Assembly: GCA_963837465.1 (NCBI GenBank)
Contig: CAWINB010000004.1
Coordinates: 586,853-650,852 of the forward strand
DNA: 64,000 nucleotides
DNA from: Candidatus Doudnabacteria bacterium
GTDB taxonomy: Bacteria > Patescibacteriota > Doudnabacteria > UBA920
Reading direction: 5' to 3'
A program made the translations under genes and the position numbers. Under the pieces are notes generated by a model, which made no database searches, was not told where the DNA came from, and saw nothing but the letters and a program-made list of their open reading frames with translations. Shown here in pieces: positions 44,532 through 54,987 of this stretch. The stretch's first letter is position 1, and each line of letters begins with the position of its first letter.

Positions 44532-47500
44532 ATGCCAGAAGAAAAACCACAACAATCGGGGGCTCCAAATTTTAACGATTTGGAGCAGAATATTTTAAAG
44601 TTTTGGGATGAGGGGAATATTTTCCAAAAATCTTTGGAGGCTACTAAAAACGGCGAGCCTTATATTTTTTATGATGGGCCGCCTTTTGCCACGGGACTGC
44701 CGCATTATGGGAGTATTTTGCCATCTGTCATCAAAGACGCCATCCCAAGATATCAAACCATGAAAGGTAGATACGTCCGCCGTAGGTGGGGCTGGGATTG
44801 CCACGGTTTGCCCATAGAAAATATTGTGGAGCGGAAGCTGAAAATTTCCGGCAAAAAACAGATAGAAGAATTCGGCGTGGATAAATTCAACCAGGCCTGC
44901 CGCGACAATGTTTTAAGCTACGCCGAAGAGTGGGGCAAAACCATCAACCGCATCGCGCGCTGGGTGGACTTTGATAATTCCTACAAGACCATGGACACTT
45001 CCTACCAGGAAAGTGTCTGGTGGGGATTAAAACAAATTTGGGAAAAGGGATTAATCTACGAAGATCGTAAAGTCCTTTTATATTGCTCCCGCTGCGAAAC
45101 GCCGATATCCAATTTTGAAGTCGCCATGGACAACAGCTACCGCGACATTACCGAAGAATCGGTTTACGCCAAATTTAAACTGCCCAAAGGCCAGAGAATA
45201 GTAAACGACCTGACCAACGATAAAACTTATATTTTAGCCTGGACCACCACCCCGTGGACTTTGCCGGCCAACACATCTTTAAATTTGGGGCTGGATATAA
45301 AATATATTTTGGTGGAGCAAAACGGAGAACGTTATATTCTGGCCAAAGACCGCCTGTCTGTATTAAACGGCGAATATGAAATAGTTTCGGAATTTCCGGC
45401 GCGGGCTTTAACAGGCCTGCGGTATGAGCCGCCTTATCCGGGCGTAATTCCCGACAACGGAAAAGCGCACCGGATATACATAGAGGATTTTGTCACCGTG
45501 GAAGACGGCACGGGCATAGTCCACAGCGCGGTTATGTACGGAGAAGAAGATTTTTTGGCCGCTAAAAAAAGCGGTCTGCCGCAAATTCCCAGCCTGGACC
45601 ACAAGGGCCGGTATGTCAACGAAGACCGGATGCCTCCGCGTTTGCGCGGCGTGTTTTTTAAGGACGCGGAAAAAATTATCCTTAAGGAACTGGCCGCGCG
45701 CGGGCTGGTTTATAAAACGGAAAATTATACCCACAGCTACCCGCATTGCTACCGCTGCGGCACGCCTTTGTTTTACAACGCTTTGCCTGCCTGGTTTATT
45801 AACATCCAAAAAATCAAACCTCAGCTGCTAAACAACAACGAGGCCGTTAACTGGTACCCGGAGCACTTAAAGCACGGGAGGTTTAAGCAGGGAGTGGAGA
45901 ACGCGCCGGACTGGAACATTTCCCGCGACCGCTACTGGGCCACGGCTCTGCCGTTTTGGAAGTGCGAAAATTTGGGATGTCGCCAGGTTGTATGTATGGG
46001 GTCTGTAAAAGATTTACGGAATTTTTCCGTAAATTTTGACGAAGTCTATCCCAAATTTAAAGATGATATTTCCAGTCTTGAGCAGATTGATCTGCATAAG
46101 CCATATATCGATCAAATTAAATTAAAATGCGAAAAATGCGCCGGCCAAATGTCGCGCGTGCCGGAAGTCGTGGACTGCTGGGTGGAGAGCGGCAGCATGC
46201 CATTTTCGGAATTGCATTATCCGTTTGAGAATAATCAGCGGACAGCAATCAGCGGACAGCAATCAGCGGACAGCAATCAGCAAGTACAAGTAGTAGGTGC
46301 CGAGAGTTTCCAGAAGCGTTTTCCGGCCGATTTTGTGGTGGAATATATTCCGCAGACCCGCGCCTGGTTTTACGTTACGCATGTCATCAGCAGCATACTG
46401 TTCGGCCGCACGCCGTTTAAAAATGTGGTTACTACCGGCACCATTTTGGCCGAAGACGGCAGCAAGATGAGCAAATCCAAAAATAATTATCCGGACCCGA
46501 ACCTGGTCATTCAAAAATACGGTGCCGATGCTTTGCGCTTTTACCTGCTGACCAGCCCGGTGGTCGCCGGCGAAGACCTGAATTTCTCCGAAAAAGGCGT
46601 GGCCGAAGTTGGCCGCAAAGTCAACATGCTGCTTTACAATGTCTGGAGTTTTTCGCGCCTTTACACCCAGGAAAAATTCAGCGGACAACTTCCGGCTTCG
46701 GAAAATATTCTGGACCAGTGGGTTATTTCCCGGCTGTCCCAGGTCCACAAGCAGGTAACCGGTTATTTGGATGTTTACGATACCGCGCGGGCCGGAAAAA
46801 CCGTCTCCTTTTTTACAGACGAGCTCTCCACTTGGTATTTGCGCCGCAGCCGCGACCGCATAAAAAACGGCGGCGACAGCGCCAAAACCGCGCTGGCGAC
46901 TTTGGCTTTCGTATTAGTGGAGCTTTCCAAAATGCTGGCGCCGTTTATGCCGTTTTTGTCGGAATTTATTTATCGCGATTTGACGGGCCAGGAATCTGTG
47001 CATTTAACCTCCTGGACCGAAGAGATTCCCGGTGACGATGAATCTATCAGGCAGAAAATGCATTTCGTTAAAGAACTTGTGGAAACCGGTTTGTCTTTGC
47101 GCAAAGAAAGCAACTTAAAAGTCCGCCAGCCTTTGGCCGAGGTGGAATACCATATACAGAACAAAGAATATGATTTAGGCTCGGAATTCGAGCGGCTGCT
47201 GGCTGATGAACTGAACGTAAAACTGATAAGCAAAAGGCAGGATTTCGCGGCTAAGGCCGGCTGGGCTTACCGCGAGACGCCTGGTTTTAAGCTGGCGCTG
47301 AATTTGGAATTGAACGACGAGCTTAAAGCCGAAGGGCTTTCGCGCGAGCTTGAGCGGGCGGTGCAGGATTTGCGCAAAAAAAGCGGGCTTAAAGTCGGAG
47401 AGCTGGTGGATGTTTATTACAATACCCAGGACGAACAGCTGGAAGAAGTGCTGCTGAAACTGTTTGACCGCAAAAAAACTTTTGTCAGCCAAATAAGTAA

Positions 47501-47582
47501 AAGTCTGGAAGTGGAAGTGGATTTTGAGGCGCAGACGGAAGTGGAAGGAAAAGCGGTGTGGATTGGAATTATTAAGGTTTAG
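44532..47582 (+). CDS. ileS: isoleucine--tRNA ligase (type 2-like)
   Basis: PPFATGLPHYGS (HIGH region), KMSKS, IleRS-type CP1 and anticodon domains; contains in-frame 14-bp tandem repeat. Confidence 0.9.
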   Translation: MPEEKPQQSGAPNFNDLEQNILKFWDEGNIFQKSLEATKNGEPYIFYDGPPFATGLPHYGSILPSVIKDAIPRYQTMKGRYVRRRWGWDCHGLPIENIVERKLKISGKKQIEEFGVDKFNQACRDNVLSYAEEWGKTINRIARWVDFDNSYKTMDTSYQESVWWGLKQIWEKGLIYEDRKVLLYCSRCETPISNFEVAMDNSYRDITEESVYAKFKLPKGQRIVNDLTNDKTYILAWTTTPWTLPANTSLNLGLDIKYILVEQNGERYILAKDRLSVLNGEYEIVSEFPARALTGLRYEPPYPGVIPDNGKAHRIYIEDFVTVEDGTGIVHSAVMYGEEDFLAAKKSGLPQIPSLDHKGRYVNEDRMPPRLRGVFFKDAEKIILKELAARGLVYKTENYTHSYPHCYRCGTPLFYNALPAWFINIQKIKPQLLNNNEAVNWYPEHLKHGRFKQGVENAPDWNISRDRYWATALPFWKCENLGCRQVVCMGSVKDLRNFSVNFDEVYPKFKDDISSLEQIDLHKPYIDQIKLKCEKCAGQMSRVPEVVDCWVESGSMPFSELHYPFENNQRTAISGQQSADSNQQVQVVGAESFQKRFPADFVVEYIPQTRAWFYVTHVISSILFGRTPFKNVVTTGTILAEDGSKMSKSKNNYPDPNLVIQKYGADALRFYLLTSPVVAGEDLNFSEKGVAEVGRKVNMLLYNVWSFSRLYTQEKFSGQLPASENILDQWVISRLSQVHKQVTGYLDVYDTARAGKTVSFFTDELSTWYLRRSRDRIKNGGDSAKTALATLAFVLVELSKMLAPFMPFLSEFIYRDLTGQESVHLTSWTEEIPGDDESIRQKMHFVKELVETGLSLRKESNLKVRQPLAEVEYHIQNKEYDLGSEFERLLADELNVKLISKRQDFAAKAGWAYRETPGFKLALNLELNDELKAEGLSRELERAVQDLRKKSGLKVGELVDVYYNTQDEQLEEVLLKLFDRKKTFVSQISKSLEVEVDFEAQTEVEGKAVWIGIIKV
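46233..46281 (+). repeat. tandem repeat, 14-bp unit AATCAGCGGACAGC x3.5, inside ileS
   Basis: read directly; encodes ...RTAISGQQSADSNQQ... Confidence 0.9.
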
Positions 47583-47662
47583 ACAATCTATTTCCTCTAT
47601 TTCAATTTATCTCCATGTGTTTCCCGTTTCTTGGAAATAAGGTTGAAACAAAGCTGAAATAA

Positions 47663-48397
47663 ATGGAAATATATCGCATGTCCCGAGAATCCCATTACAC
47701 CGCCATCATTTTAAAAAAACAACCCTTTGCTGAGGCGGATGAGATTATCACTTTTTTTACCAAAGAGCAGGGCAAGGTCCGGGCGCTGGCTAAGTCCGTA
47801 AAACTGGCCAAGTCAAAGCTACAGTCAAGATTGCAGGCTTTGTTTTTGGTGGAAATAACCCTGGCCGGCGGCAAGCTGCCAAAAATTACTGCCGTGGAAA
47901 CGCTGAAGGTGTTTGAAAGCGTCAGGCAAAACCTGGCCGCCGTGAAAATGGCTTTTTACGCTTCGGAGCTGGTTTTAAAATTCACGCCGGACGGGCAAAA
48001 AAATGAACAGCTGTTTAGTTTGCTGGAAAATTTTTTTGACGTCCTGAATTTTGCCCAAACCCCGGCCGCTTTGGATGCGGCCTTGGCCAAGTTTAAAATC
48101 GGAATTTTGGATGCCGTGGGCTTGGGTATCCAGGCTGTGTTTGCCGCCCGCCCATCCCAATTATATTTTAGCCCGGCTTCCGGCGGCTTTAGGTCTGTAC
48201 AAACTGTTGATGCCGTCGCGGTTAACTTTTCAAGTTACCAGGCATTTTCAAACCTAAAATCTGCTGGCTTTAAAAACTTGCCCAAATTAAACAATAATAT
48301 AGCCGAGCTTCAACACCTCCTGTCGCGATTTATAGAATACCAGCTGGAGCGCGAGGTTAAATCGGAAAAATACCTTAATAATGGCGATATGTTATAA
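47663..48397 (+). CDS. recO: DNA repair protein RecO
   Basis: N-terminal OB-fold block typical of RecO. Confidence 0.8.
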   Translation: MEIYRMSRESHYTAIILKKQPFAEADEIITFFTKEQGKVRALAKSVKLAKSKLQSRLQALFLVEITLAGGKLPKITAVETLKVFESVRQNLAAVKMAFYASELVLKFTPDGQKNEQLFSLLENFFDVLNFAQTPAALDAALAKFKIGILDAVGLGIQAVFAARPSQLYFSPASGGFRSVQTVDAVAVNFSSYQAFSNLKSAGFKNLPKLNNNIAELQHLLSRFIEYQLEREVKSEKYLNNGDML

Positions 48398-48519
48398 TAT
48401 AATCAGGACTTACGCTTTCGGGGTTTATATTACGGCTTTTTTAAAAGCCGATTGGACAATACCCAAAACGATATTATCAAAAGCGTAAGTTTTGATAATT
48501 ATAATTCTCCAATTTTAAA

Positions 48520-50364
48520 ATGCCAGAACAAACCGATATCGGGTCGCCGCAAAATCCAGAAAGTTCGGATTTTGTAAAAAAACCGATCGAAACTCCAATT
48601 TTGGATTCCGACGTAAAAAATCACCTTGCCTCCATGGGGCAAAGCCGCGGCGGCTTTAAAGGTTTTTACCGTTCCAATAAGCTTTATTTTTGGGCGATTT
48701 TGGCGGCGGCGGTAGTTATAGGACTCTTGTCTTATTTTGCCTTTAAAAAATCACCCCAAGCCGCGCCCAAAGAAGCCAATATTGCCATTTCCGTGGATGT
48801 GCCGCCCACCGCGCAAAGCGGCGGCCAGGCGGTTTACCAGATTACCATACAGAACAATGACACTCAAAAGTTGGTGGACATGCAATTGGAGCTGGCTTAT
48901 CCGGACGGCGAAACCTACCAGAGCAGCAGCCCCAACGCCCAAAACCTTTCCGGTACTTTGTTCGCGGTGCCGGATTTGATTCCCGGACAAAACGCCACGG
49001 TATTTTTAAAGACCGCGGTTACCGGCAACGTTAACGACCAGGAAACCCTGGACATTAAACTTCATTACAGCTACAGCAATTTTAATTCCGAATTTGTTAA
49101 GGAGCAGACTTCCACCATCCGTTTGGTGGCTTCCAATATTAATTTAACTCTCCAGGGACCATCTGATACCAGCAACGCGCAGCTGGTAATTTACACAATT
49201 AATTACCAAAATAATTCTTCCAATGCTATTTCCGGCGCCCGCGTGCAAATGGATTACCCGGACGGTTTTGTGTTTGCCGCGGCCACACCGCCGCCGGATT
49301 TGGGATCTAACAGTTGGGACATAGCCAGTCTTGCCAAAGGCGGCAGCGGGCAAATCCAGGTGCAGGGGACTTTTTCTTCGGCCAATCCCGGTGACAGCAA
49401 AACGGCCACCGCCGAGTTTTTAATCCTGGCTCCGGACGGCAGTTTTTATACCCAAAACAGCGCCAGCCTGACCACGTCTATTGCCAGTTTGCCTTTACTG
49501 GTTACCCAGGCTCTTAATCCCGCAAACACCATCGGCGTGGTTAATCCCGGCGATACTTTGAACTTTAATATTACCTACCAAAATAACTCCAGTGTCGCGG
49601 CCACGGGCGTAAATGTGGAAGTGGATTTAAATTCCAAAGCCATAAATCCTTCCACCATAAGCGCCCAGGGCGCCCAAATTAATAACGATACAATTATCTG
49701 GAATGCCGCGGCCGTGCCCCAGTTGGCCAGTCTTTTGCCCAACCAATCGGGCCAGTTGTCGTTTAGCGTAAAGGTTAATAATCCTGCCACTAAAGACGCG
49801 TCTACCAATTTAACGGTGGTATCAAATATTAAAATCCAGTCAAACGAATACACCACGGCTTTTCCCGGCAACCAGCTGACTTTGCAAATTTCCAGCCCTG
49901 CCAGCATCAACACCAACGTAACTTATGTCTCGGGCGCTTTGCCGCCGCAAGTCGGCAAGAATACGATTTACCAAATAACCTTGTCGCTGGCCAATTCCAG
50001 CAATTCTTTTTCCAGCGGCGTGCTGACCGCGTTTTTACCCTCCGCCAGTTTTATAGTCGGCAGTGTTTCCAGCGCCGAAACCGCCGGCACCCAGTTTGAT
50101 CCTTCCACATCTATGTTGACCTGGAATTTCGGCAGCCTGTCGGCCAACACCGGCCGTTTTGGGCCGCCGCGGATTTTAAGTTTTGACGTTACTTTAAACC
50201 CGGCATCTTCCGCCGCCGGCCAAGCCCCAACCCTGCTTAAAACCATTGCTGTTACGGCTACTGACCTGTTCACCAACCAACCCGTAACCCTAACCGCCCC
50301 CGACATCCTAACCTCCGACCTTCAAACCCAAAACGGTTTTGGGGATGGGGTGGTACAGCAGTAG
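48520..50364 (+). CDS. cell-surface protein with N-terminal TM anchor and multiple DUF11-like beta-repeat domains
   Basis: repeated ~100-aa Thr/Ser/Asn-rich segments with recurring NYQNNSS / YTI / GQ motifs. Confidence 0.6.
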   Translation: MPEQTDIGSPQNPESSDFVKKPIETPILDSDVKNHLASMGQSRGGFKGFYRSNKLYFWAILAAAVVIGLLSYFAFKKSPQAAPKEANIAISVDVPPTAQSGGQAVYQITIQNNDTQKLVDMQLELAYPDGETYQSSSPNAQNLSGTLFAVPDLIPGQNATVFLKTAVTGNVNDQETLDIKLHYSYSNFNSEFVKEQTSTIRLVASNINLTLQGPSDTSNAQLVIYTINYQNNSSNAISGARVQMDYPDGFVFAAATPPPDLGSNSWDIASLAKGGSGQIQVQGTFSSANPGDSKTATAEFLILAPDGSFYTQNSASLTTSIASLPLLVTQALNPANTIGVVNPGDTLNFNITYQNNSSVAATGVNVEVDLNSKAINPSTISAQGAQINNDTIIWNAAAVPQLASLLPNQSGQLSFSVKVNNPATKDASTNLTVVSNIKIQSNEYTTAFPGNQLTLQISSPASINTNVTYVSGALPPQVGKNTIYQITLSLANSSNSFSSGVLTAFLPSASFIVGSVSSAETAGTQFDPSTSMLTWNFGSLSANTGRFGPPRILSFDVTLNPASSAAGQAPTLLKTIAVTATDLFTNQPVTLTAPDILTSDLQTQNGFGDGVVQQ

Positions 50365-50386
50365 TTTCTAACAAATAAGAAGAATC

Positions 50387-50818
50387 ATGACTCAGGAAAT
50401 CCTCGACTACATAAAAAGCCAACGAGTAGGTGTTCTGTCCCTTGAAATGCTTGATGGTTCGCCCCATGCTTCAACGGTGCATTTTGCGAACTCCGAAAGC
50501 CCGTTAATATTTTTATTTGAAACGTATCGTCAATACCGTAAATGCGAAACTTTATTCGGGAGAAAAATAAGCCGCGCCTCTATGGTAATTGGATCGGATG
50601 AAAGTAATATGAAAACATTGCAGATGGACGGAGAAGCAAGGCTCACGCATGAAGAAGAAAAAGAAAAATTATTCTCAAAAATTTATTTGGAAAAATTTCC
50701 TGAAAAAAAAGAAAAATCCAAAGACCCTAAAGTTGTGTCGTTCCTGTTTATTCCAAAATGGTGGCGTTTTACAGACTGGACGAAACCGGAAGGAAAGTTT
50801 ATTTTAACCTCGAAATAA
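50387..50818 (+). CDS. pyridoxamine 5'-phosphate oxidase-family FMN-binding protein
   Basis: split-barrel pattern MTQEILDYIKSQRVGVLS...HAST. Confidence 0.6.
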   Translation: MTQEILDYIKSQRVGVLSLEMLDGSPHASTVHFANSESPLIFLFETYRQYRKCETLFGRKISRASMVIGSDESNMKTLQMDGEARLTHEEEKEKLFSKIYLEKFPEKKEKSKDPKVVSFLFIPKWWRFTDWTKPEGKFILTSK

Positions 50819-50823
50819 TTTTA

Positions 50824-50850
50824 CAGTGTCAAGGGTCATCCTTGACACTG
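50824..50850. repeat. palindromic repeat element copy D (CAGTGTCAAGGGTCATCCTTGACACTG, one arm mismatch)
   Basis: between convergent PNPOx-like and CHAP genes. Confidence 0.8.
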
Positions 50851-50920
50851 AGTTAGATAAAACTAAAAACCATCCTCGGATGGTTTTTTAAATTCCTAAT
50901 TCCTGCTTCCTAATTCCATC

Positions 50921-52261
50921 TTACGGATAAATATATCCGCGAATCGCAGAGCTGTGGATGGAGAGGGTGCGTTCGTCTACGCGGTTAAAGTGGTCGTAAT
51001 TCATTTCGGAAACTGTGATGGTGCCGTCGCCGTTAACGGACTGTACATAAGCCACGTGGCCGTAGCGGCCGTAACCGTAACCGCTAAAGACCACGGCAGA
51101 GCGCACGGCCGGCTGCTGGCCGGTAACGTAGCCGGAAGCCCTGGCGTTGGCCAGCCAGTTTTTGGCGTTGCCGCCGAAAGTAATTTTCATTTGACTCGCT
51201 ACGTAATAAGTACAGTAACCTACCGGGAAGTAGTGGTCCGTATCGTCATAGCCGGAACTGACGCTGGTTACATTATTGCCGCTATTATCAGCGCCTGGGG
51301 ATTTATGCTTGCTTGGAGGAGGTGTTGGCGCGGCAGGCGGTGTAGCCACCACGCCGCCGGGGATGATTAAAAAGTCGCCGGGGTTGATGTCTTCGGCGCT
51401 GTCCAGGCCGTTGTAGGAAATAATCGCGGCCAAAAGCTGAGCGGCGCTGTTTTGCCGCACCGTCGCGTCCGGATTATACCGCTCGGGGCTGTATTCAACC
51501 GCCAAATCCGGCAGAGTGGTGTTGGCATTGGCCGTAACAGCCACGCCGTCCACCGGCGGAATGACCAAATCCCAACCGGGTTTCAGGTTATCCGAAGTTA
51601 GGGAAGGGTTGCTCCAGCGGATGCTGTCGGCCGAAACTCCGTTGGCCGCCGCGATGGATTGTATGGTATCGCCGGCCGCAGTAGTATAGATTTTTTTTAC
51701 GGCTTGGTTGACGAGTCCCTGTATGCTGTCGGGGTTCGGAGCCAGAATGCTGTTGTCGTCGCTCATAACCAGGCTGCTGCCGTCGTTTTGGGAGGCTGTA
51801 TTGCCGCTGTTTCCGCCATCGTCACTTAAGTTTTGCCCGTCAAGACCGGTAAAATCATCAGCCTGGGCTTCGGGCACGAAACTGTTCTCTCCGGAAACCA
51901 CCGTAACAATACTGCTGTTTTTGTCGTAAAGCCGCGGGTTAAGGTTTTGGTGGTTGCCTACAAAATCCCCGGCCAGGCTTAAATCCTGAAAGTTTTTGCC
52001 GCTGCTGCCGGCAAAGAAAAAAATGTTCAATCCGGCCACCATAACTGCCAGCAGAACCACCAAAAGCTCCCCGGAAAATTTAAGCAGAAAATCCATCCAG
52101 TCCATTGGGTTTAGGTGGATGGCGGCAAAGCTGTCTAAGTGAAGCTTTTTTAAGTTTGGCGCTCTCTTTTTTATTTGGAATAAGAGCTTTTTGATATAGT
52201 ATTGAAGCAGGAAAGCTATTTTGGAGCCGAACTTCTTAAGCTCCAAAAACCGGATTTTCAT
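50921..52261 (-). CDS. membrane-anchored peptidoglycan hydrolase: LysM domain + C-terminal CHAP domain
   Basis: LysM (GDTIQSIAAANGVSADSIRWSNP), CHAP Cys (GYCTYYV) and His (YGHVAYV). Confidence 0.75.
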   Translation of the reverse strand: MKIRFLELKKFGSKIAFLLQYYIKKLLFQIKKRAPNLKKLHLDSFAAIHLNPMDWMDFLLKFSGELLVVLLAVMVAGLNIFFFAGSSGKNFQDLSLAGDFVGNHQNLNPRLYDKNSSIVTVVSGENSFVPEAQADDFTGLDGQNLSDDGGNSGNTASQNDGSSLVMSDDNSILAPNPDSIQGLVNQAVKKIYTTAAGDTIQSIAAANGVSADSIRWSNPSLTSDNLKPGWDLVIPPVDGVAVTANANTTLPDLAVEYSPERYNPDATVRQNSAAQLLAAIISYNGLDSAEDINPGDFLIIPGGVVATPPAAPTPPPSKHKSPGADNSGNNVTSVSSGYDDTDHYFPVGYCTYYVASQMKITFGGNAKNWLANARASGYVTGQQPAVRSAVVFSGYGYGRYGHVAYVQSVNGDGTITVSEMNYDHFNRVDERTLSIHSSAIRGYIYP

Positions 52262-52489
52262 TTTTTGAATGGCAAACCCCTTATCTCTGAAGTTGGATAC
52301 CGGCTTTACAACCGCAATCAGTAAATTAACGCAAGTAACCCAAAAGCAGAGTTAATATTTTTTTAATATGACAAAATTAATTTTAGCAGGCTATGGTTCG
52401 GGGAGCAAGGATTTTAATCCACAGTTAATCCACTTTTTGTTTTATATAAGGGAGATTTTATTGTATGGGTTTTAAAAATGGGGAGAATT

Positions 52490-52498
52490 GGGGGGGGG
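52490..52498. repeat. G9 homopolymeric tract in 570-bp gene-free region upstream of pcrA
   Basis: read directly. Confidence 0.9.
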
Positions 52499-52837
52499 TG
52501 TTTAAGCATGGGTGATTATCCTCTAACAGCGTATATATTATCTAAGAAGCTGTTTAAAAAGTCATTTGGGCCGCAATTCCAGAATGTTTGGCGCCTTGCC
52601 GGAAAAAATTTTTCCGCTTAGCTTTAGGCTAAACGTCAAAATTTGTTTCCGTCAATCCGCGCAAAATTCTGTAATTTCTCCTACAAAGCACTTTTTAAAC
52701 ATCTTCTAAGTAGATGCTGTCAAGGGATAATCGCCAAAGCATGGAAGCATATAGCATATAAGCATCTTCGAGGCCGCGTTACGCTTAAATATTTAAATGC
52801 TTACATGATTAAATGATTCATGTGTTAAAATGACTAA

Positions 52838-54985
52838 ATGGATTTATCTTCCCTTAATAAAAAACAGCAGGAGGCTGTCACGGCCCCGCTCGGTCCCGTG
52901 CTGGTTTTAGCCGGCCCGGGCAGCGGCAAAACCAAAACATTAAGCCACCGCATAGCTTATATTATAGAGAACAAAATGGCGGCTCCCGCCAGCATTTTGG
53001 CCTTAACCTTTACCAACAAGGCTTCCAAGCAAATGAGGGAACGGGTTGGCGTGCTTTTGGCCCGCTACAAATCCGCGGCAGAACAGCTGACTATGGGCAC
53101 GTTCCATTCCGTTTGCGCCAAAATCCTGCGCCACGAAATAGCCCGTCTCGGTTATTCTTCTGATTTTGTGATTTTTGATACCGAAGACCAGCACAAAGTT
53201 TTGCGCGAGATTTTGGAGGACCTGCGCGTAGACAACAAAAAAATGCCCATACCGCTTTTTGGCGCGCTTATTTCCCGCGCCAAAAACCTGCTGCAGCTGC
53301 CATCGGAACTGGACTTGGGCCTGGAAGGGCCGATAAATGAACGCCTGTCCGAAGTTTACGCCCGCTACCAGGACAGTCTCTATAAACAAAATGCCCTGGA
53401 TTTTGACGACCTGCTGATGCTGACCGTAAAAATTTACGAGAATTTTCCGCCGGTTTTGCAAAAATACCAGAAAAAATTCAGTTATATATTGGTGGATGAA
53501 TACCAGGATACCAACCTGGCCCAATACCGACTGCTGCAATTATTGGCCGCGCGCAGGAACCTGTTTGTAGTCGGCGACGATGCCCAGAGCATTTACAAGT
53601 TCCGCGGCAGCGACATTACCAACATCTTAAATTTTGAAAAAGATTATCCGGAAAGCCTGGTTGTCAAACTGGAACAGAATTACCGTTCCACCAAAAATAT
53701 CCTGGAAGCGGCGCAAAAAGTAATTGAGCTTAATCCCGAACAAAAATTCAAAACCCTGTGGACGGAAAATCCGCGGGGGGAAAAAATCATATTAACCTGC
53801 GAACAGGATGAGCGCGCCGAGGCCGAGTTTGTGGCGCGCAATATAGTTAAGTTGGCCTCCAATGAACCGGCAGGGGAGCTGGAGTACGAGGCGGAGGTTC
53901 AGGATAATGCCAAGCCCGTTTTTTCCATTTTGGACCGTTTTATTAAAGCCAAAAGAATACAGGCGCAGTACACGTCGTCTTTTGGCCGTGGCCTATTACC
54001 CCAACTTCCCAAAAAGCATGAAAGCCTAAAAGAGTTTTGCGTGCTTTACCGCACCCACGCGCAATCGCGCAACATTGAAGAAGCCTTAATTGAAGCCTCT
54101 ATTCCGTACCAAATTGTTGGAGGTTTAAAATTTTACGAACGCAAGGAAATTAAAGATGTCCTGGCCTACTTGCGCCTGACCATAAACTTCCGCGACCTGG
54201 TTTCGCTTAAACGGGTGATTAACGAACCGCCGCGGGGCATTGGCGATAAATCTTACAGCATCATCCGTGAACACATGCTTAATTTGGGAGAGCGCGATAA
54301 GGAAATATCCATTAAAGATTTTAGGGTCGGTTTTGCCGGGATAAAAATCCAGCCCAAGGCTTGGCAGGCAGCCCAGGATTTTTTCCTCCTGATTGAGGAA
54401 TTTTCGGGCTTCAGCGAAAAGTTCGCTTTGCCGGAACTGATGCGGCTGATAGTCAAAAAAACCGGCTACGAAAAATATTCGCGCGATGGCAGCGAAAAAG
54501 GCGAATCGCGCCATGAAAACGTCCAGGAGCTGATTAACGTGGCCCACAAGTACCACAACTTGCCCTGGCGCGAGGCTTTGCGGGAATTTTTGGAAGAAGT
54601 CGCTTTGATTTCCGAACTTGACCAGAAAGACGAGGGTAAGGACGCCGTAACTTTGATGACTTTGCACAGCGCCAAGGGTCTTGAGTTTGACAATGTTTTT
54701 TTTGTGGGGCTGGAAGAAGGCATATTGCCGCATTCCCGAAGTTTAATGGACCCGGCGGAACTGGCGGAAGAAGTCCGCCTGGCTTACGTAGGCTTGACCC
54801 GCGCCCGCAAACGCCTGTTTTTGGTTTACACCCACAGCCGCCGGGTTTTTGGCAACGTGCAAATTAACCAGCCGTCGCGCATTTTAAAAGTCTTGCCCAA
54901 AGCGCAGGTGGATTATCGGGGGATGGCCAAGGAACATTTTAAGGATGAGGAGGGAGAGTTGGTGGTGGAGAAGTTGGATTTTTAA
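52838..54985 (+). CDS. pcrA: ATP-dependent DNA helicase PcrA/UvrD
   Basis: Walker A AGPGSGKT, SF1 helicase motifs (DEYQDTN, VGDDAQSIY, YRS). Confidence 0.9.
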   Translation: MDLSSLNKKQQEAVTAPLGPVLVLAGPGSGKTKTLSHRIAYIIENKMAAPASILALTFTNKASKQMRERVGVLLARYKSAAEQLTMGTFHSVCAKILRHEIARLGYSSDFVIFDTEDQHKVLREILEDLRVDNKKMPIPLFGALISRAKNLLQLPSELDLGLEGPINERLSEVYARYQDSLYKQNALDFDDLLMLTVKIYENFPPVLQKYQKKFSYILVDEYQDTNLAQYRLLQLLAARRNLFVVGDDAQSIYKFRGSDITNILNFEKDYPESLVVKLEQNYRSTKNILEAAQKVIELNPEQKFKTLWTENPRGEKIILTCEQDERAEAEFVARNIVKLASNEPAGELEYEAEVQDNAKPVFSILDRFIKAKRIQAQYTSSFGRGLLPQLPKKHESLKEFCVLYRTHAQSRNIEEALIEASIPYQIVGGLKFYERKEIKDVLAYLRLTINFRDLVSLKRVINEPPRGIGDKSYSIIREHMLNLGERDKEISIKDFRVGFAGIKIQPKAWQAAQDFFLLIEEFSGFSEKFALPELMRLIVKKTGYEKYSRDGSEKGESRHENVQELINVAHKYHNLPWREALREFLEEVALISELDQKDEGKDAVTLMTLHSAKGLEFDNVFFVGLEEGILPHSRSLMDPAELAEEVRLAYVGLTRARKRLFLVYTHSRRVFGNVQINQPSRILKVLPKAQVDYRGMAKEHFKDEEGELVVEKLDF

Positions 54986-54987
54986 TA

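Noticed and set aside
46233-46281. Possibility that the 14-bp and 7-bp tandem arrays are CRISPR-like arrays
   Set aside because: - Units are 7-14 bp and directly abutting with no spacers.
- There are no cas genes.
- They lie inside protein-coding frames.
- They are simple microsatellites.
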